From Promethearchaeota archaeon (GTDB lineage: Archaea; Asgardarchaeota; Lokiarchaeia; Sigyniarchaeales; SOKP01), in NCBI GenBank assembly GCA_016840085.1, contig JAEOTA010000011.1:1-34221 (forward strand): a stretch of 34,221 nt of DNA, written 5' to 3'. Below, in pieces: positions 28,392-34,221 of this stretch. The position numbers and the translations under genes are program-made. Below the pieces are notes generated by a model, which was given only the letters and a program-made list of their open reading frames with translations, was not told where the DNA came from and did not search any database. Each line of letters starts with the position of its first letter. Position 1 is the stretch's first letter.

Positions 28392-29891
28392 CTATTTATC
28401 TAATATCTTCATTATGAAATTAATATTTTCATTAATCACATGATTCCAACATTTAAAATCAATTAAGGTGAATCCTTTATCAGTGCTAATGAAAATAATA
28501 AAGTCATCAAAGGCATAAGAAGCTGTTTGATTAGTTTTTAAAAAAATTTTAGGTTTATCCTTAAAATAATGATCTAATATTTTTAGAACTCGCGAAATAG
28601 ACTTCCTAGTTTTTATTAAACCTAGGTTTTCTCTTGGCGTAATTTCTTTAGTATTTTTAAAATGAAAAGAATTTTTTAAATTAATCTCCTTAAATTTTTT
28701 TCTAAGATATGAAATTTCATTATTTAACATATTATATTCATTAAACTTATATCTAATAGGAGAATAATTTCTTGCAACACATCCAGCTCTTAATTTATTC
28801 GATCGAAGGCAATTTAAACAATAGTTACACTTTGAGAAGTCTATTTTCATTTGATTATTTACAATTTTTATGGCAGAATTAAAGCATAGTGATCTACAGG
28901 CACCACAACCGACACAATTTACTTGTTTTTCACAATATATTAGTACTTTTTTAATATCCAAATGAGATGATAAGAATTCGATTTTCTTCTCAGTCTTATT
29001 TATTAAAAAATTTGTAGATTTTTCTTTTAATAGTTTTAAATTACCTTTTAATTTTGAAAATGTTTTGAGATCCTCTGTTTTAATTCTAAAAAACATAGAA
29101 TTCTTTTCTTTCCTAAACTCGATAAAACCCTTTATAATATTTTTTATTGGCAGGGCATTTTTCGTCCATGCATAATTTTCTATATAATCATCTATATTTC
29201 TCACAGTAATGCCATCGAATTTTTCAATGTTCTTTCTGATTGTAATCTCTAATTGACTATATAAAGTTTTAAAATGCTTTTTAAGCCTTTCAAATCCTTC
29301 ACTTTTCTGATATGGACACATCCAACATCCTAATCTCTCATACCCTTTATCGTAAAGAGGATTATAAGGAAGATTATGATGATGTATATATTCCCACACG
29401 TCTTCTGTAGTCCAATGTAAAATAGGATTTATCTGGAAAGCAGGAATAAGGGGATTTTTACTAACTTTTGAATAATTATGTCTTTTACGGGATTCTTGCG
29501 ATCTTATTCCAGTTATCAAATATTTAATTTTATTTTTTAAGACATAATGAGATAAAGGTCCAAATTTATAGACTTCACAACACCATCTAAGTCTTTGAGA
29601 AGGAAAAGCAAGATGATTAACTAAATCTAAAAATTCTCTTGGAGGTTTGACCTGTGTTATTTTAATTTGATAAAATTTTTCTAAATTTTTTATATATTCT
29701 TCTGTACCTGGAAATGTTAGTGAGGTATTGCTAAACACAAAATTCTTTATCCCGACTTTTAATGAGATATCTAAGACAATTAAACTGTCTTTTCCACCGG
29801 ATATACTTACAGAGCTATTCTGAATATAATTTTGTAAAAAATTCATTGCTTCTAATGATTTATAATATATATTATCAGTAGTAATATTCAT
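28392..29891 (-). CDS. PAPS-reductase-family (PP-loop) protein with fused 4Fe-4S ferredoxin domain
   Basis: SISGGKDS, RWCCEVYK, TGIRSQESRKR, NPILHWT and RLGCWMCP motifs, plus ferredoxin CVGCGACRSLC...CNYCLNC. Confidence 0.92.
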   Translation of the reverse strand: MNITTDNIYYKSLEAMNFLQNYIQNSSVSISGGKDSLIVLDISLKVGIKNFVFSNTSLTFPGTEEYIKNLEKFYQIKITQVKPPREFLDLVNHLAFPSQRLRWCCEVYKFGPLSHYVLKNKIKYLITGIRSQESRKRHNYSKVSKNPLIPAFQINPILHWTTEDVWEYIHHHNLPYNPLYDKGYERLGCWMCPYQKSEGFERLKKHFKTLYSQLEITIRKNIEKFDGITVRNIDDYIENYAWTKNALPIKNIIKGFIEFRKEKNSMFFRIKTEDLKTFSKLKGNLKLLKEKSTNFLINKTEKKIEFLSSHLDIKKVLIYCEKQVNCVGCGACRSLCFNSAIKIVNNQMKIDFSKCNYCLNCLRSNKLRAGCVARNYSPIRYKFNEYNMLNNEISYLRKKFKEINLKNSFHFKNTKEITPRENLGLIKTRKSISRVLKILDHYFKDKPKIFLKTNQTASYAFDDFIIFISTDKGFTLIDFKCWNHVINENINFIMKILDK

Positions 29892-30231
29892 TATATCAGA
29901 GTTTTTTGTAAAAAGGCTAAATAATATTAGGTTTTATTGATTTAATAAAGTTTTTTAATAGACGACAAAAAATGTAATAGATAAATTATGTTTTCAGGAG
30001 GACAGAATTTTTTTGTTTAAAAAGAACAATTATCTGATAATAATTCTCTAAATCAAATAATTTATTCCTGATATACCTTATTTCCTAAATTTAAAGTAAA
30101 AAAACTGAAATTTTTTTAAAAATTTTTCTTGTTTAAAATCTCTCATGGACAGATATTGATATAGTATGAATTCTTTAAATTGGGGAAGAAAATTACCAAA
30201 ACTGTGTCTTTATTTTGAGTACCTTTGCATT

Positions 30232-30330
30232 ATGAAATTTTGCTGTAATATCTGTGAATTTAAAATTAAAGTAGCAAAAGAAGGTTTTTATTATTGTCCT
30301 ATATGTGATGATTTTAATTATTTTTCTTAG
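30232..30330 (+). CDS. Possible unannotated small Zn-ribbon protein
   Basis: MKFCCNICEFKIKVAKEGFYYCPICDDFNYFS* has two CxxC pairs. An in-frame ATG at 30166 would extend it to 54 aa. Confidence 0.45.
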   Translation: MKFCCNICEFKIKVAKEGFYYCPICDDFNYFS

Positions 30331-30354
30331 GATTACAAGATTCATATCTTAAAA

Positions 30355-31247
30355 TTAAAAAATAATTCTAAGCCCTTGTTCCTTTAATTTTTCAATGCAT
30401 TCTGGAATTTCAATCCAGTAATTTGCTTTTAAATAAGTATTTCAAGACTTTTTAAGTTCTCAACGCATTCAGGTAAATTTTTTAATTTATTATTTCTTAG
30501 ATTCATTTTTTTTAACATCAATAATTCTCCGATTGAATCTGGAATTTCTACCAACTTATTCGAGCTTAGATTTAGATATTTCAATTTCATAAGGAGCCCT
30601 ATTGCGTTTGGCAACTTCACGATGTTATTTAATCGCAAATCCATGCATTCAAGGTTAGAAAGAAATCCAATATTTTTTGGCAAAGTTTCAAGGTTGTTTC
30701 TCCTAAACGCTAAATTCTTAAGCGATTTGATTTTTAGAATTTCACGTGGCAAGGTGTTCAATCCACAGTTGAAAAGGCTTAATCCAGTAATTTCGTCCCC
30801 TTCCTTAATGTAGCATGTCGCACTTACAGTAAATTCCTCTTTCAGCGGGATGGATTTATTGATTAACTTTTCAAGTGAAAGAATGATATTTCTTTCTGTA
30901 TAATCCACGTCAGGTATATCTGAGATTCCACCGTGCTTATCATATCCTTCTAATTTAGGCAAAGGTTCACCACATTTCGAGCAAAACTGAATCTAGGGTG
31001 AACAAAGAAAACTACAATGTGGACAAAGTATTTTTACAATTTTATGTTTAAAGGGGCGTTCTACTGGCTTATCTTCTTCAATTTTTCCTGTTATTACAGT
31101 CTTTAAATCTAAGAACTCTTTATAGAAACGATTTTCCAAATAGCCTTTATCTTCATATAATTTCAATAATTCTCGCAATTTCTCATTAGTTTCAGAATTC
31201 TCTTCCAGAAATTTTATTTTTTTAAAGAATTTGAAAAATATACTCAA
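30355..31247 (-). pseudogene. Zn-ribbon + leucine-rich-repeat protein gene broken by an in-frame TAG and a frameshift
   Basis: ORFs 30993..31247 and 30429..30962 are in frame: CPHCSFLCSP*IQFCSKCGEPLPKLE. LRRs follow (LxxLxLxxNxL). A 1-nt shift near 30432 restores LKANYWIEIPECIEKLKEQGLRIIF* ending at 30355. Confidence 0.85.
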
Positions 31248-31277
31248 GATATATTATTACCTATATTTGCATCTTGA

Positions 31278-31535
31278 CTTTATGAAGAATTTCGCAACGG
31301 TCTTGTACATGAAGGACGTATCAAAGATGCAAGTCAATTTTCCTATATAATTGATAATATGGTCATAATTGATGGATCAATAATGATAATTAATCCAAAT
31401 TTTCTTCTAAAGGAAATAATTAGTTCATTTAGGAAATATATAAATAAACTTAAAACTGATGATGATAAATTTGAAAAATTTAAGAAAAATTTGGAAAAAG
31501 ATTTTCAAAAAGATAGGGATTTTATGAAAAAATAA
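31278..31535 (+). pseudogene. 5'-truncated HEPN-like gene fragment
   Basis: Open frame LYEEFRNGLVHEGRIKDASQFS...IINPNFLLKEI...DFMKK* with RxxxxH (RNGLVH). It is preceded directly by TGA and has no start codon before the motif. Confidence 0.65.
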
Positions 31536-31646
31536 TCATTTCTACTTTCTAATAAATATCTTAACATATTTCCCTTCAAATTCTTTTTAATTTAAAGAAA
31601 GTAAATAGCAATTATTTTTAAATTTCTTCTTAATTAAGAAATAAAA

Positions 31647-33983
31647 TTATCCCCAACGATTTTTTATATATTTGAGAGCTTCTCTTGTATTTAATTTAAT
31701 ACTCGACGCCTCAGTTCTAATAATAATTACTTCTTCATCTTTGTTTATTTTTAAATAAATTGGTTCCTCACTCTTTTTTACAGTAATAATACAGATTTCT
31801 TTATTTTCAATCTTTTTAAAATCAAACTTAATAGTTTTTGGATTATTATATTCCTTCCCTATGTAGTTGTTTATTATTTCAACTAATTTCAATTTAAAAC
31901 CATCTCGATTCTTTTTTCTCAATGATAAATAATCATTGTTTAAACCTAAAATTTGACCATCATCATCAACACCAATAAATAATTTGCCCCCTTCAGTATC
32001 TAAAAATGCTACAATGGTTTTTGCAATTTCAAGCTCAAGTTCTTTATTAGGTTTTTTTTGACTATAGTCATATCTAACTGATGATTTAAACTCGGTATTG
32101 AGATTTTCCCCATTTAATATGATTTCCTTAATAGGATCCCTCATTACTCCCTTCTTCTTAATAGAATTATCAAAATCTTTTATTTGGGATAGATAATTTG
32201 ATAATAATTCATTTACCAACCTAATTATATTGATATTTGAAGTTTTTGGAGAAATAATTTTATCTTTTATTTTCTTCAGATTATTAAAATTGAGGGATGA
32301 AATAAAAATACTATTTTTTGGAAAATATTTACCCATTATATTTTCTGGTATTTCTCTTGCCTCTTTATCAAATAAAGCCCAATTAGTCATACCTCCTTTA
32401 AATAAATCATTTACCTTCATAATCTTTTTCCTAATAATATCAAAAGGTATTAAATTATTGCTGTTTAATTTTGTATTATCATTAATAATACCCAAATATC
32501 CGTTTATAAACCATTCTTGAATTATTGATAAAATCTCATTAGAAAATTTCAAAGATTGTTTTAATTGGGTCTTCATTTCCTTTCCATCCTTTTCTTCATC
32601 AAAAATCTCATGTTCTATTCTTTCTGATTTAACAAATCTTTTTAATCTAAATATTGGTCCTCGCCTATCATGAGGAATTGCATCTAAACACCTTCTAAAG
32701 GCAGAGTCCAAAGCTAATTTACCTTCATAATCATGAAAAAGAGGTGGATTGTATTCTGGTTTTATATTTGACAAAGCAGAGAGAGAAAATTTCTCATATA
32801 TAAACCTATAAGTTAAAGCCTTATAGTTTTTAAGACCTTTTGAATTAAATGGAATAGATCCTTTATTATAAATATCTTCAATTAAACCAAAAATTTCATT
32901 AAACCATTTTTGATCCTCATTCTCTCTTAAATATTTAAATATGGGCACATAATCTAAGGCAGGGGTGCCACTAAATATTCTTTCGATATCATCAAAATAA
33001 GTTTCTTCGTATCTCTTCCTTCTTATATCTTTAGTACAAAAGTCAAGAAAGTCATTGAATTTTTGTTTGTTATATTCAAAATTTTTTATAAAATTTGTTA
33101 AATAATCATCAAAAAATGCATCAATATATTCTTGTGTACTCGCTTCCCCAAGTCTTTTTCCAAAAAAATCTACTATTCCTGGACATAGGAAATATTTCAA
33201 TAATTCTTGCATAAATTCTGGTTTAATGGCATATTGAAGTCTTTTTTTATAAAGTTGATAAATATCTGATGTATTCCAATAGTTATAAATAATCCATTTA
33301 TCAAACACACCTCTGCCTGTACTGCTTTTTAAAGCAGCAAAATTCTCCCAATCTTTATGTCCTATAACAAAGATAAAAATTGGGATTTCAGCAAAATATC
33401 TTTCATCCTCCCAATATCCCTGAAAATTGCGCCAAAATTCAAAAAACGGTGTAAATTGTGCTTCATCTGTTATAACATTAGTTTGATCAAATTCGACAAT
33501 ATATTTAGCTGAAGGTTGTTGGTTCAAATATCTTTTATAAATTTTACATATTAAATACAATTTTTCGAGATAATTTCCTAATTTTCGATCTTGTGGGTGA
33601 AATCCCTTCTCGTTTTGAAATTTTTTAATTTCCTCTAATACAATTTCTTTAAAATCTTGTTTTTCTACAAATGTTAAATGGGTTAACCATTGATTATATA
33701 TCCATTCATCAATTTCTTTCACACTAAGATATTGTGCCATTTTTGAATTAATTGTTAATACAATACAATTATCATAGCATTGTTTCAATTCTAAATTTAT
33801 ACATTTACCAAGTTCAGTTTTACCTATTTTAAAATCTCCTAAAATGGCAATCCTTTTTCCAAAAAAGTATGTTTCAAACTCTAATTGATGATTAACTAGT
33901 TTACTTAATGGATCAAATATATCAGAAATTAAATCTTTTTGATTAACTTTAACAAATAACTCATTTCTATTATTTTTCGACAT
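31647..33983 (-). CDS. P-loop NTPase fused to C-terminal Schlafen/AlbA_2 domain
   Basis: Walker A AILGDFKIGKT and Walker B-like YIVEFDQ. C-terminal GENLNTEFKSS..IAKTIVAFLDTEGGKLFIGVDDDGQILG is AlbA_2. Start MSKNN at 33983 is tentative (track start 34037). Confidence 0.85.
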   Translation of the reverse strand: MSKNNRNELFVKVNQKDLISDIFDPLSKLVNHQLEFETYFFGKRIAILGDFKIGKTELGKCINLELKQCYDNCIVLTINSKMAQYLSVKEIDEWIYNQWLTHLTFVEKQDFKEIVLEEIKKFQNEKGFHPQDRKLGNYLEKLYLICKIYKRYLNQQPSAKYIVEFDQTNVITDEAQFTPFFEFWRNFQGYWEDERYFAEIPIFIFVIGHKDWENFAALKSSTGRGVFDKWIIYNYWNTSDIYQLYKKRLQYAIKPEFMQELLKYFLCPGIVDFFGKRLGEASTQEYIDAFFDDYLTNFIKNFEYNKQKFNDFLDFCTKDIRRKRYEETYFDDIERIFSGTPALDYVPIFKYLRENEDQKWFNEIFGLIEDIYNKGSIPFNSKGLKNYKALTYRFIYEKFSLSALSNIKPEYNPPLFHDYEGKLALDSAFRRCLDAIPHDRRGPIFRLKRFVKSERIEHEIFDEEKDGKEMKTQLKQSLKFSNEILSIIQEWFINGYLGIINDNTKLNSNNLIPFDIIRKKIMKVNDLFKGGMTNWALFDKEAREIPENIMGKYFPKNSIFISSLNFNNLKKIKDKIISPKTSNINIIRLVNELLSNYLSQIKDFDNSIKKKGVMRDPIKEIILNGENLNTEFKSSVRYDYSQKKPNKELELEIAKTIVAFLDTEGGKLFIGVDDDGQILGLNNDYLSLRKKNRDGFKLKLVEIINNYIGKEYNNPKTIKFDFKKIENKEICIITVKKSEEPIYLKINKDEEVIIIRTEASSIKLNTREALKYIKNRWG

Positions 33984-34221
33984 TTTCTGAATATAGATAC
34001 GATCTTCAAAAAAGAATGTGGATGAAATTATAAACACCTTAAAATTTTAGCCTCAAGTTAAAAATATTGAATCTGGAATATTTTGTTTTTATTTATCAGT
34101 ATCTAATGAAGTATTTATTTATCTTTAATTTTTTATTTTTTTTATTCCGACATTAATCTCACTTTAACTGTTATATATCATTCATTTTTGGAAAGATGTG
34201 AAAAATGTCTCCACTAGCATA

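Noticed and set aside
24339-29891. Calling the cluster canonical dndCD or Wadjet
   Set aside because: No DndA/B/E or JetA/JetD recognisable. The PAPS protein carries a ferredoxin fusion and the SMC motifs look ClsN/Sph-like, so these are kept only as analogies.
24745-32520. Plus-strand ORFs 24745..25002, 30622..30813 and 32230..32520
   Set aside because: Antisense shadows of the SMC, LRR and NTPase-Schlafen genes.

Overview
Very AT-rich window with no rRNA, tRNA, CRISPR array, integrase or transposase that I could detect. The gene content suggests an archaeal, probably Asgard/Lokiarchaeia-like host (inference): ferredoxin-fused PAPS-reductase-family protein, ClsN/Sph-like SMC protein, TFB-like cyclin fold, SIR2-TPR and LRR/Zn-ribbon proteins, and GGTGA/GGAGGT ribosome-binding sites. 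The window reads as a modular defence/accessory island. Left to right: (1) HhH-glycosylase-like + Nmad2 pair; (2) ApeA-like HEPN gene and a DUF1889-like gene; (3) HEPN / HEPN-TPR / SIR2-TPR run; (4) McrBC-like pair with an unusually long McrB N-terminus; (5) NurA-HerA-ParA-(basic protein)-NucS-like run; (6) small membrane protein; (7) a co-oriented minus-strand cluster of PAPS-reductase/4Fe-4S, stand-alone AAA ATPase, internally duplicated protein, unannotated 48-aa ORF, ClsN/Sph-like SMC ATPase with Zn hook, Zn-finger/putative tandem winged-helix protein and a divergent TFB-like protein; (8) decayed LRR and HEPN remnants; (9) P-loop NTPase-Schlafen(AlbA_2) fusion. Cluster 7 is the best candidate for an undescribed system. 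A recurring palindromic intergenic motif (GTGAAACGGTTA / CGTGAAATAACCG) sits at four module boundaries. All family calls come from motif recognition by eye; no searches were run.
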